A DNA stretch of 64,000 nucleotides. Origin: the human T2T-CHM13v2.0 reference genome, Homo sapiens. The translations under genes were made by a program, and so were the position numbers. This document shows, in pieces, positions 28,720 to 43,089 of the stretch. The stretch is taken from the NCBI RefSeq assembly GCF_009914755.1, contig NC_060926.1; one strand, written 5' to 3'. The notes beneath the pieces were generated by a model that did no database searches, was not told the DNA's origin, and was given only the letters and a program-made list of their open reading frames with translations. The stretch's first letter is position 1, and every line of letters begins with the position of its first letter.

Positions 28720-30990
28720 TAATACAGATTAACCAACTTAAAAAAATAGTAGAGAAAGGTCATTTAAAAAATATGAGGAATAGAGTAATAATCTAACACG
28801 TTGAAATCTAAGAAGGAGAAAACAGCTTGTCTGAACAGCATTTTAAGTGGCAATGTTAGAGGTTTTATCAAAATTGACCAATAATATTAAACCTCAGGTT
28901 CAGGAGACTTTTCAAAGCAAAGGAAAACACACACAGAGGACACATCTAGAAACATAATGGGACAATTTCTGAAAAGTAAAAGAAAAATGTAAAGAGCACT
29001 TGATAAAAAAATTGGGCTAACTACAAAGAGAAAGAGTTGACTGATAACAACTTCCTCAAATGAATCAACGAAAGCCAACAAGTGAGGTACTGATATCTTT
29101 CAAGTCCTGAAATAAAATAAGTGCTGACCTAGAACTGTCTACTTGGTGGACATATCCATCAAAAGCAAAGATACAATAAAGAATTTCTCCCAAGCAGACC
29201 CACAGGAAAAGAAATACTAAAGATTATTCTTCAGGTAGAAGAGCCATGATCCCTGATGAAAGTTTGCATTTAGAAGAACAATTTTTTTAATGAAAGAAAT
29301 AAACATAGAGAGAAATTTAATTGGATATCGACTGTATAACAGAATGCTATCTCATTAAGTTTAAAATGTATCTTCCATACAACGGCAGAAGCATATAAGT
29401 TGTGAGTTGGATAAATTAATTTTAAAATATTGTCAAGTTTTTTTTTTTTTTTTGCAAATAGACAAATGTACCAATTATATTAGACCCTGAATTCAATAAT
29501 GCACGTTGTATTAAACCAGGTAAAATATAACCAGACCAGATTTTTAAAATGGACTCTAAGTTTTTATAATTTATATTCATATTTCACATATGTTGAAAGT
29601 AAATAATGGAAAAGCATGCAATGCAAATATTAACCAAAATATAGCTTTAGTTGTACTTATATTCACATTTTAAAAGTTGGACACAGTTAAGTCTCAGTGA
29701 TTTTTTTACACAACGGAGGCAAGCTGTGCAGTTATAAATAGTATTATATTATGCTCTTGGCCTGATTACAGAAGGGAAAGGGGCGATCATACCAGACAAT
29801 GGCAGAATGAAGCAACAAGGAGTAGAGTTACACAACATGATGCTGTAACTGGGACTGGAGTTACTCTTTTAGAGTTAAAGAATAGTAAACTGGACAAAAT
29901 ATATGAAACATTTTTTTGAAGTACTGAACATCAGGCAGCACAGGACTCTGCTCTGCAAGAGAAGAGAAGGAGCCAGAATGAGTCCTGCTTTATTCTCAGA
30001 TTTTCCGTGACAGCAGTAGAGAGGAATCCTAGAGAGAGCAGACATTCTCATTGCACTGAGGAACCAGATAAAAATCAAAAAAGGTTAAGTAGCTGGAATG
30101 TGTAGTAGAAGAGAACGTTTACAGAAAAAGGAATCAGGAATCAGCCTAAGGATTCTCCCAAGTCCCTAAGCCAAATGTACATAGGATGAAATTCTAAGGA
30201 GCTCAGCAAAGGACTCTACCAGGGAGTTGGAAGAAGAACACTTCCCTGGCATCACATGACAGGAAGACACGTTAGCTCTGACAAGCCAGAGAAGGGAATC
30301 CCCTCTGTACCTCCAGGATATTCAGTAAAGACCACTGGAGGTTCATGCCCTAGTGACAGTGCTCATTTAGCTCCAAATTACAGATGGCTCTAGACTAACT
30401 CCACAAAGTTTAAAGAGAAGATTTAAAACAACAACAGACAAATACTCATCCTGAAGTTACTGAACTGCCTGCCACAACATTGTTCAAAAGTAGCCAATAA
30501 AATCTAGATATTCAATAGCATAACATCAAAATACCCAAAAAAAAAACTCTGACATGCAAAGAAGCCGTAAGATATATACAATTAAGATATATATTAACAG
30601 GATAAAAATAAGTCATTTATAAATGACAGAAAAGAAGGAAATTTCAAGGTCCTTAAAGTAAATATATTTTATAAATACATATAGATAAATACATATATAT
30701 GTCAAGGTACTTAAATGAAAATTGAACATAGGAAAAAAATAGAAGTTATAAAATGAAAAATGGGGCATGTATAGATGAAAAATAAATATTTTAAATAAAA
30801 ATTCCATGAGATTGAATAAGTAATGGATTTTACCCTAACATCAGAAAATTTATAGAACAAAATAGAAGCTTTACAAACTAAAGGACAAAGGGTAAACTAA
30901 AATAAGAAAGCCAGAAACTCACTGATACGTCAGACAATATGCAGCAGTGTAACATACATGTAATTAATATCTCAAAAAGGATGGGTAAAG
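28720..30990 (+). mobile_element. Degraded ancient L1M fragments
   Basis: A-rich, ORF1/5'-like decayed LINE sequence. The subfamily is not resolved. Confidence 0.5.
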
Positions 30991-31009
30991 GAATTACAGG
31001 TGAATAAAG

Positions 31010-31192
31010 AATGGTACACTCATTCCTGAGGGCACCGAGGAGGGAGGATAGCTTTAGATTTCTAAGGGAGGGTATTATCCATTCATGAAGGTCCAACCCC
31101 ATGACCAAACACCTCCCAGTAAGCCCCACCTGCAACATTGGGGATCAAATTTTAACATGAGATTGGAAGGGGCAATCATTCAAACCATAGCA
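31010..31192 (-). mobile_element. MST (MaLR) LTR fragment
   Basis: cccatgaccaaacacctccc...acattggggatcaaattttaacatgagattggaagg...aaaccatagca. Confidence 0.75.
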
Positions 31193-32589
31193 AGAGTTAA
31201 ATTTCCTTTTTTAAAAAATCACTGTTATGATTCCATTTCACCATAGATAAAAGCTAGTATTTCAGCCTACCATTGAGTGTGCTTATAGCTCACCAAAAGG
31301 GCACTCTGTCTCGGGAATACAGATTTGCCTAGAGGTATCCTAGTGCAGTCAAAGAGCAATGAGGGATAGAAAAGGTTAGTGATGGAGACACCAGCGCTGC
31401 ATTTTGCAACAAACAATGTAAAAATTTTACGGATTGGTTCAGCTAACTTACTACAGTTTACATTCCTCTCAGGTGGGAGAATTGTTGCGTTTTTTCTTAA
31501 GATAGAAAAGCAATTCAGATAATCTGAAATCTCCACAAGAAGGATAAGAAGCACAGGAGAAACTATTCTAGGCAGGAGGTCAATCCTTTCAACTGTCTGT
31601 GCTCCATAGAAACAATTGTCTGCACTGGGAGTCATATGAGGTACAGACAACAGCCAGACCTCTAATCCTCTCATTAGTGATTTCAGAAGAAATTACCAGT
31701 CAACTGAGTAATTCACTGAGTAAAGTAAACATTTGGCACTGAAAGAGGTTAGACGGATAACTATTTGTATCACCATATTCATGAGGCTGAAATATTTTCC
31801 ATTACTGCTATCACATCCGAATGGAAGATGTTAAAAGGTCTCTCATCTTGTAAGATGGATATGAAAGAACATTTTCTGAGAAATGAAATTATTAACACAC
31901 CTGCGAGGTGGATGGAAGAGAAAAAAAGAATAATCAGCTTGAGTTCTTCTCCTTGATAAGATAACTCACTAAAAACATAAAGAGAAAAATACAAGTTTAA
32001 AATAATTAACCAGAAGAAGACGACTCTACAGTTTTTAAATTGCTGATAAGATTTTAATTTGCTCCAAGTTGAAAATAATTATATTGCTTGTGTTTTAAGG
32101 CACATAATGAGCAATTATATCACACATGATAGTTTCAACAGTAAAATATTATCCATTAACAGCTGGAACTCATAAAAGCATAGCACAATGTGAAGATTGA
32201 ATTTGCTAAAATAAACCATCTGCTGAAAACTACTATTCTGCAAATTTAAAAATAAAGTTTAAATGTTACTTGTCTTATTTAATAGGTCTGTGAAAAAATG
32301 CGCTATTTGAAAAGTAGGTGCTACCTTAATTACTTCTTTATATTAGATGGCTGGTTACAGTAATGCACAACAAGGTGCTACATAGATACATTGCTAAATT
32401 TTCTGCATATACTATGTATTTGGCTTAAATTATTTGAAGTTTTATAGTTAAAATAACAAATGTATATTTAAATTTTTTGACACAAATTGCAAATATACCT
32501 TTAAAAATCATCTTACACTCTAAATATTATTTGTCACCTATATATTTGTCTTTTCTCTATAGGAAAGTTTAAATTTTTCCCTTGAAGCT

Positions 32590-33480
<891 letters not shown>

Positions 33481-34460
33481 CCTCCATATGTACAATAAAT
33501 ATTATTGTGATTTTTAATCTTTGCTGTGGAGAAAACACATGTGTGATTTCTAGTGTAGCTGAACATCGTTTATTTGACAATATTGCACTTGTGTGTGGGT
33601 GTGTGCCTGTGTAGCTACTCTTTAATTTTGTTCTCACATAATGATTAGATATTAACAATTCATTCAGTAAAATGTATGTTTTGCAATATTTCTCCATGTT
33701 ATTATGCTTTAAATTAGTTTAATCATGCCCCTATAATGTGTACATTTTAACCTTTGACTATAGGTCTCAATCTTACTTTGGTTCCTGTATTTGAATTTAT
33801 GCTAATAAAGTCTTACAGCTAAAAAAGATGATATAAACTAATCTACATTTTTACTAGTATTCTGGTGTCACTTTAAATTATGTAGTGAAATCAAATTTTA
33901 ATTTGGATTATTGTTATCTGAGTTAAGGATCTAAATTTTTAATTTTATTATAAATATTACATAATTATTTCTGAACCATATGTTGACTAATCTGCCCTTT
34001 ATATGATGTGCATTATAAGAGCTTGGGATTGTTTTATTTGCAAAGATGAATGCTTGAGAAGTAGATATTTAATCATAACATTTCAAAATCTACTGGATAA
34101 CCTAGAATTGAAAAATAGCCTATAGGTTGAAAAACTCCTGTAGTGAAGAAAGAAAATAACTAATATACAGTGACAATATAAATATTATAAGTATTTATTT
34201 TATTATCACCCTGAAATTTGATAATACAAAAATGTAATATCTACACATCATCCATATATCAGGTCGTAAAAAATCAATACATTCTTCAAAAATTTAGCAT
34301 AACAGAAAATGCACTCTCTCTCCTTGATGGAATTAAGTTACCAATAAAAGTAAAAATTAGTAGATAAGTAGATGGAAGTAGATGTTTAAAAACAAAGAAA
34401 AATATTTGTTTTGGATAACATAAAATCTCAATTGACAATTCCAATATTTCCAGAACTTTG

Positions 34461-34650
34461 CCTGTCAACTGGTGGAGAGTTTTCCCCAGGAGACATTTGT
34501 CAATGTCTAGGGTTATTGTGGGGATGTCAAGACTGGTGGAGGTGTGAAATGTAGAGGTCAAATGAAACACCTAGCATTGCTAGGGCAGCCTCCCACAACA
34601 AAGAATCCTCTGGTCCTAAAGGTAAGTAGCACCAAGGGTGAGATACCATA
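34461..34650. mobile_element. MER20-like DNA transposon
   Basis: ccccaggagacatttgtcaatgtctagg...cccacaacaaagaat...caagggtgagatacc. Confidence 0.65.
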
Positions 34651-34764
34651 ATCTAGACAGTAAACACTACGTAGCTATTCCAAGTGCTCAGGAAAACACA
34701 TCAGTGCCCTCGAGGGGAAAAGTGTGAACATTTTAATTGCCGTACATGGTGACACAAATCCATG

Positions 34765-35218
34765 TTGTTGATCTAAGTGGAAGGGGCTGAAGCACAAAAC
34801 GTAATTCAAAGAGTTTACTTGATCCACAATGAGGACAGATGCCTGGAAGAAACAGACCCAAGTATCCTTGGATATGAACTCCCTTTGGAGCTTTGCAACA
34901 AGCAGTTTCTTAAAGGCAAAAAAGGGTCCAGAAGTGGGATGATCCAAAGAGGTTTGTCACAAATTCTCATTGGCTTATGGAAATAACATTTATTAGTGAC
35001 TGGCTATACACTGTTACACTAATATTGGGTGTGGATTATAGTGTCTGGAGTGGCGTTATTGGTTAATTTATAGCTACTGTGGCAACAGCAAGCAGCCTAG
35101 ATGAACACACAGCTCAAAGAGGAGCAGGACAGAACTGCCGTCTCATTTGAATATCTCTCTGGGCCTGATTATTTAAAAGGACTTGCATTTCTCACATGAA
35201 AGTTATTTTCTTTTCTCA
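34765..35218 (-). mobile_element. ERV1 (MER4-group) solo LTR
   Basis: TG...CA-bounded block with MER4-group-like motifs. The subfamily is uncertain. Confidence 0.5.
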
Positions 35219-35409
35219 ATGTCCATAAATGAGAATAAATAGATGTAAAATAGATCTTTTCGAGGATGAAGTAAATGGAATGAAAAACAAAACCCAAGCT
35301 GACCAGAAATCATAGAGGGAAGAAAAGGTTATAAATATATGGATTTTTCAAAGTGATTTTAAGCTATTAGGAATCAGTTAAATGTTGGGGGATTTTGTCT
35401 GAGAATGGG

Positions 35410-35948
35410 CTAAAGGAGAATGTCCCTTTTGCCTTCTGAAGTTTCCCTGAAAATCACTAATAGGAGGCAGATAAATAGTAGAAAAGGCATACAGGTTTCT
35501 GCAATGTGTGTACACTGGAGCCCTTAGAACGTAGACCCAGACACACGATGCGTGCAGAAGCTTATCTACCACATGAAGTTTACAGAAAGAATGGGGTCTT
35601 GGATCACAGGGAAAAAAAAAAAAGGTTATGTGAGAAAACGACCCTGGCTAGCAACAGTGGGCTTATTACACAGGTGGAACCTCACTGGGAGCAGTCCTCA
35701 GAGAGAATAGAGAAAAAATGTTTCTTTCAGACCTTTGGAGACCTCAGACTCTCAGTTAACCTTTCCTAGATCCAGACAAGGGGGCAGACCTCAGAGAAAG
35801 CCTGGCTGCATCAAGGCAGATTCTCTACCGATGCAAAGCTCCCCAAGACAGCTTTGCAGCTAAGTTTGCATTTCCAGCCCTTCTCAATAGCCATTTTGAA
35901 ATATATCAAGGAAATATATTTAGGGGTAAAATATATTAGTTTCCCTCA
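35410..35948 (-). mobile_element. Second MER67/MER31-like LTR
   Basis: Clearly homologous to 32590-33480 (ctcagttaac/atctttccta..ccagacaaggg; ccattttgaaatatatcaagg...ggggtaaaatat). Confidence 0.7.
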
Positions 35949-36726
35949 TACAGCTATAAAACATACAGGAATAATTTTTGTCAATGTCTACTACAAATCC
36001 AATATAGCAGTAATTATAAAACTCACCAGATATTGAAGAAAAAATATATAGAGTACATCAATTACAAATGTTGATACTAAAATGCCAAATAAAATAAAAA
36101 TAACATCCAACAATATTTGAAACAGTAAGACACGAAATTGGCAAACAAAATAAAACAAATATCCACCTTGGGGATGAAAGTGTGTTTCCAAATTTGGTAA
36201 TCCACTAATATTAACAATCATGTTGATTAGCCCAAATTAAAAATAAATAGGGGATTCTCAGTACATGCTAAAATATATTTGTTAAAAGGCAATATTCATG
36301 TCTTTAAAGATTTTAAATGCTATAAAGAGTCTGATATTCTATATGCAAACATGTGTATGTCCATTAGAAGAATAGAGGCCTGATTTTCATATGTTACTAC
36401 ATAGAGATAGAGAAGTGGATAGATTAATTTGCATATGCAAAGAGAAAGCATAAAATAGAAATTTACTATCATATTAAAGGAATTTTAATTCAACAATAAA
36501 ATAAAGGTAAAATTTTAAATATTTTTAACAGGTACATTATTAATATTAGATAATATTTATAATAATTGTGAAAATATTCAATGCTAAAATAAGATACAAT
36601 GTCTAAACATCAGTATTAAAACTAGTATAAATATTTGCTTGTTTATACAAGGAAAATTCAAGCTCGACCTAAAATTATATAGGAAATAAAAGAAAAATTT
36701 TAAGGGAGCTCTTTAATAACATAAAC

Positions 36727-36757
<31 letters not shown>

Positions 36758-37899
36758 TATAACATGTATATATGTTATATGGGATAGATATAGATTTAAC
36801 ATGTTATATCTATATTTGTATCTATAACTACAGCTGTATGTATCTACATTTCTATATATACACTCAGTAATATAAATATAGACGAATAAATATAAAGACA
36901 CATATGATTCGTGGATAAAAAGGATTTAGTACCATAAAGACAAATTCTTTCCAAATTCACTTATGAATTCACAATATACAGTTTCATTAGTATAATTTAA
37001 AATTTTTAAATAATTTCCAAGATTCATTTAAAGGAATATACATGTATACAAGCAGTCAAGAAAGAAGCAAGAGTGCGCTAAACTAACTTGCTATTAAAAT
37101 ACATTTTTAAACTTAGTAACTAAAACTGAGCAGTACTGATTTGGAGTACTGGAATTTAGGTATATGGGATCTCAAAAGCGCAGAGCTCAAAGGAGACCCC
37201 TGTATGCACGAGAGATTAGGATGTGCTTTAGAAGGCATTACCAAACCACGGGCAAAGTTACTTTAGTGTCTTAGTCTTACTAGGTTTGAAAAGCCACAGA
37301 AAAGACTCAAGACCACCATATAGGAACAAAACAAAAGGACAGGGAGAGAATGTGAAGATACTGAAACATTTTACATAAAGTTGTATAAAACATCCTTTAA
37401 AGAAAATATAAAGTTTAGGATATACATCAAAATCAGCAGAGCCACTAAATAAATAAATAGGCATTGTAAAATAGCAAGAGAAAATTTAAATGGGTTTCTA
37501 AAAAATATTGACACCTATGATTTTTAAAATATGTTTAAGAAATCCCATATTTTACAGGGCAGCCTTTCACAACGCAGATATGTTAGGACATAAAGGTCCT
37601 TCTGTTTTTAATTTACTAGTGTTTATAGGGTTACAAATGTCTTCTACCCTTGTCTTTTGTCTGATGGTGCAAAAAATTTTCATAAGCATGTATTTCTGAA
37701 TTCCTGATGGATTGACATATATAATATGCTGCTAGTATTAAAATATGTGACGGAAAAGGCATCCAATCTTCTCACTGTTTACATAAATTCTAGGTTTCTC
37801 CTATTTACCTCAAGCACGTATGGAGCGAATTCTTACCTTTTAATATTGCCATGGCATTCACATTGAACATAAGTTGAACTCTCTCATATGGTAGCTGGG

Positions 37900-39014
37900 T
37901 TCAGATTCCCTTGACAATTTCCAGTTCTAACCCTCACAGTTCCTCAGTGTGGCTGGCCCAGATATTGACCCTACACAGTTGCCTCCCTCCTGGTGACTAC
38001 CAGCTATGGAACCGTTGGATACAACCTACCTGACTCACCCCACAGACCTCACAGCGCACATGGACAGCCCCCACACGCCAGAGTGACCTGCTCGGTTGCA
38101 GCGGGAGTCAAGAAATGTGCCTGCTGGCACTCTCCCCACCGACTAGTGCCCCGTGGAAAACTTATTTGGGTAATGTTCTGGGCCCAATAAAAGCTAGAGT
38201 CCCACAGACCCCTTTTCTCTCTCCTGTTCCCCACTCATCTTCCCCATTTTGTTCAGCCCTATGAGGTGTGCTACTGTATTAGTCCATTTTCACACCACCG
38301 GTAAAGACATGCCCAAGACTGGGTAATTTCTAGAAGAAAGAGGTTTAATACATGCACAGTTCCACATGGCTGGGTAGGCCTCACAATCATGGCGCAAGGT
38401 GAAAGGCACGTCTCACATGGCAGCAGACAAGACAAGAGAGCTTGTGCAGGGAAACTCCTCTTTATAAAACCATCAGATCTTGTGAGACTTATTCACTATC
38501 AGAAGAACAGCATGGGAAATACCTGCCCCCATGATTCAATTACCTCCCACCTGTTCCCTCCCACAACATGTGGGAATTCAAGATGAGATTTGGCTGGGGA
38601 CACAGCTAAACCCTCTCTTCAGCTACCCTCTTCTCTCTGGATCTGTGAGTAATAAACCTACTTCTGTGATTTCCCATGTTTGGTTCTGTGGCCTCCATGT
38701 GTCTGAGCTGACCTACACTGGAACCTAACTCTCCTCCTGGCCAGGGTCTCTGAGAGTGGCTCTTGTCAGAAATACACAGGGCACAGGTCAGGCAACAGTC
38801 ACCAGGCATCTCCTAGTCTCAACAGATGTTCTGTGAGAGGGAGGCCTGGTCGTGGGATGCACACCTGGCCACTGCTGGAGTAAGGAAGTGTCCTGTGAAA
38901 GGGACATGTTAAGCATCCACAACCCCCTGACCAGAACCCCAGAAAGGCAGGGCTCCAATTGATGGTCACTCTCCAGAGACAAACCTCAAGCCCTAACTGG
39001 AGGAAAAGAAAACA
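37900..39014 (+). mobile_element. MER54-like ERVL LTR with a nested THE1 LTR
   Basis: LTR-like sequence resumes on both sides of the THE1 insertion. The subfamily call is from memory. Confidence 0.55.
38275..38621 (-). mobile_element. THE1 (MaLR) solo LTR
   Basis: tgtattagtccattttcac...gagatttggctggggacacagc. 5-bp TSD gctac at 38270-38274 and 38622-38626. Confidence 0.92.
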
Positions 39015-40192
39015 ATGTAAAAGTTGAATTTATCTTACTATTTCAATGATCCAGTAAAGACATTCTATGCCTGTACACCACATATTTTCTTCGATTGTGG
39101 ATTTATTTTAGATAGAATTGTAGGTCTGGCTTTCACTTTAGCCTGGTCCCTACCTCAAGCATAAGGTAAAGATTTTCCATGGGTTCTTTTCTGGTACTAC
39201 TACCTGCCAGTGTGGGGTCATGTCCTAGTCTATCTTGAGGGAATCCCCCTGTTCATTATTGTCAGAGTGAGACTGTTAAGTCTTGATTTCCCTGGACAAC
39301 TTCACTGCATGACTTTTAATATGATTTTTTAATATACCCTTTACTGGACAATAAATTATATAGTTATCTGAGTAAGAGATATGGTCAGGAAGAGGCATTG
39401 CCTCATTCACCTTTTCTCTTTGGTGAACTCGCATATGTTCTCCTCACCCGCCAGTCACCTCTAAACCGTATTGTTCCAAGACAACAAACAGAACTCGAGT
39501 GTGTATCTTTCACCACTGGATTTGTGTTTGCTCCATAAAGCTTCGTGCTTAATAGGGTTTCTGTTAGCATTTTCTCTATTTATTTTCCCATAAAATATCA
39601 CAGGCCTTCTTCATATGGAATTATGGGTGATTTCCTTCAATCTGCATCATATCAAGTTGAGGTTCATGTTGATGAAAAGTAAAACATACGTTGAAAATAT
39701 CAGTAAGGATGTTTTCCCCTCCTTTTTAGCACCTGTGCTTGTGATACAAGCACATTTTAATACAATTGTAGTCTCATGCTTTGATCATTCCTATGATGAA
39801 AATAACATTTTTAGATAAAATATCTGAGTTTTATGAGGCCTTTAGTATGTGAAGTGATAGAATATCAGAAGACCATACTTTTTTCTAGTTTTCCGTGCAA
39901 TTCTATCACTGTTTCATCTTTACTCCTACCAGAGTAATTTTCCAAAATAGATATCTTGTCATTCTTCCTGTTGTTATCAGTAAATAAGTGAAATGAAAAG
40001 CTAGATTATATAATTTATCTAGAACAAGAAAGTAGAATTGAATCTATATTCATTAATGAGACTAACCAGTCAATTACACAGATAGGCATTTTACATTTTG
40101 AAGATCATATGGACCCATTGTCAGAAATATTATTATTTATGTCTATATGGACATCACCTGTGCATATTTACATAGAAATCAATGAGAGCTGA

Positions 40193-40506
<314 letters not shown>

Positions 40507-41494
40507 GGAAGCTGATTTTTAAAATACTGAGATCATATAGATGACAGCACCTGAAAAATAGACAACACCAAGCTTTATGTTAAAAGGTGTGAGTGTATCA
40601 ATATTGTGGTGGCTATTGGGGAGGAAAACATTAGTAAAACCAGTAAGTTAAAGCTCTTGCTTTAAACTTTGGCTTTAATTTAACAAATGTTCTATGGAGT
40701 GACAGTATGTATGTAACCATGCTATGCCCATTCACAGATGCAGTAGAGGGAAGAATTTCTCAAAGACAACTGTTCTAAGACTCCAATTAAACCGTACTGG
40801 GTTTGAAAAGAGAAAGTCCAGGAATTACCAAATATTTTAGATATCAGATAAAAGAGAATGCCAGGTATGCAATGATAATCAGCAATGGTTGTTCACACAA
40901 TACATCAAATCAGTATTTGAATTAGCTTTTGAATTACAAGGACAAATGGATCAAGTCTAGACTCTTTAGTAGATAAATCTTATTAGGCTGAGATGTGTTT
41001 TCCCCTGTTTTTCCACAAGGAGATTACAAATTTGCAAACCTCAGCTGCTCTCATTTTATGCTCTCACCAAGCCAAAAGCTGAAGTTCATCAATCAGTGTG
41101 TCTAAGTGTTCACTGGTTATATACCATTTTGTAGTTTCAGCTATCTTTCCAACTTCCTAAATCATCACCTTCATTTGATCTTGTTTTTTTCCACTATCAC
41201 TTCTTTATTGACCATATAAAGAATATAAGTGAGTTCTTATTTTGTTATTGTTCATTTTAGTCTAACTTCATCAAAATATCACAATCTTTTAATTTCATTT
41301 TAATTTCAAAGATTAAATGAAACCTACATAGAAATGAGTGTAAGATTTGCATTTGCATTATTTTGGCATCAATTTGCTATCCTCCCTCATGCACATAGAG
41401 ATCATTTCCATGTACGTGATTTCAAACATCCAAGTGCAGTATTAAAAGCAGTTGTAAATTATGGTTCTCATTTTCATGATACAATTACAATATA

Positions 41495-42318
<824 letters not shown>

Positions 42319-42406
42319 GACATAATCTATTTAACCTGCAGATTAAAGCGTTCTTTATTTTTCTGTCTCCCTGTCTTAATTTTTTTAAAATAATATGAAT
42401 TGTAGT

Positions 42407-43040
42407 AAAGAGAAAGAAAGAAAAGAAAACAAAGAAAGAAAAAGAAGGAAGGAAAGAAGGAAGGAAGGAAAGAAAGAAGAAGGAAAAGAAGGAGGAAATG
42501 AGGGAAGGAAGGGAGGGAGGGAGGAAGGGAGAAAGGCAGGAAGGGAGAAAAAAGAAAACATGAACACAAGAAAGAAAGAAGGAAGGAAAGAAAGAAAGAA
42601 AGAGAAAGAGAGAAAGAAAGAAAGGAGGAAGGGAGGAAGAAAAGGAGGAAGAGAGAATGGTAAAAGGGAGGAAGGCAAAGAAACAAAGAAAATAAAGAGG
42701 CGAAGGAAGGAAGGAAGGAAAAAGAGGAAAGGAAGGGAGGGAGGAAGGAAGAAAAGGAGGGCGGGAGGAAGGGAGAAAAAAGGAAAGAAAGCAAGAACGT
42801 GAGAAAGAAAGAATATGAGAAAAGAAGGAAGAAAAGGGAGGGAGAAAGGAAGGGAGGGAGGAGGGAAGGAAGAATAAGAGGAAAGAAAGAAAGAAGGAAA
42901 GAAGGAAGGAAGGAGAAAAAAAGAAAAAGAAAGAAAGGAAAAGAAAAAAGAAAAGAAAAGGAAGAGGAAAAGAAGAAAGGAAGGAAGAAGGCAAGGGAAG
43001 GGAAGAGAAGACAAAGGAAGATGGAAAGAAGGAAGGAAAA
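42407..43040 (+). repeat. GA-rich polypurine low-complexity tract
   Basis: About 630 bp of GAAA/GGAA/GGGA units with only scattered pyrimidines. Confidence 0.95.
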
Positions 43041-43089
43041 CCACAAATATTAGAAATTCTGTGTTTGTTAGAGAATATGCCATACTGTT

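Noticed and set aside
31267-31674. 135-aa minus-strand ORF in unique-looking DNA
   Set aside because: No recognisable domain or convincing splice structure, and the length is compatible with chance.
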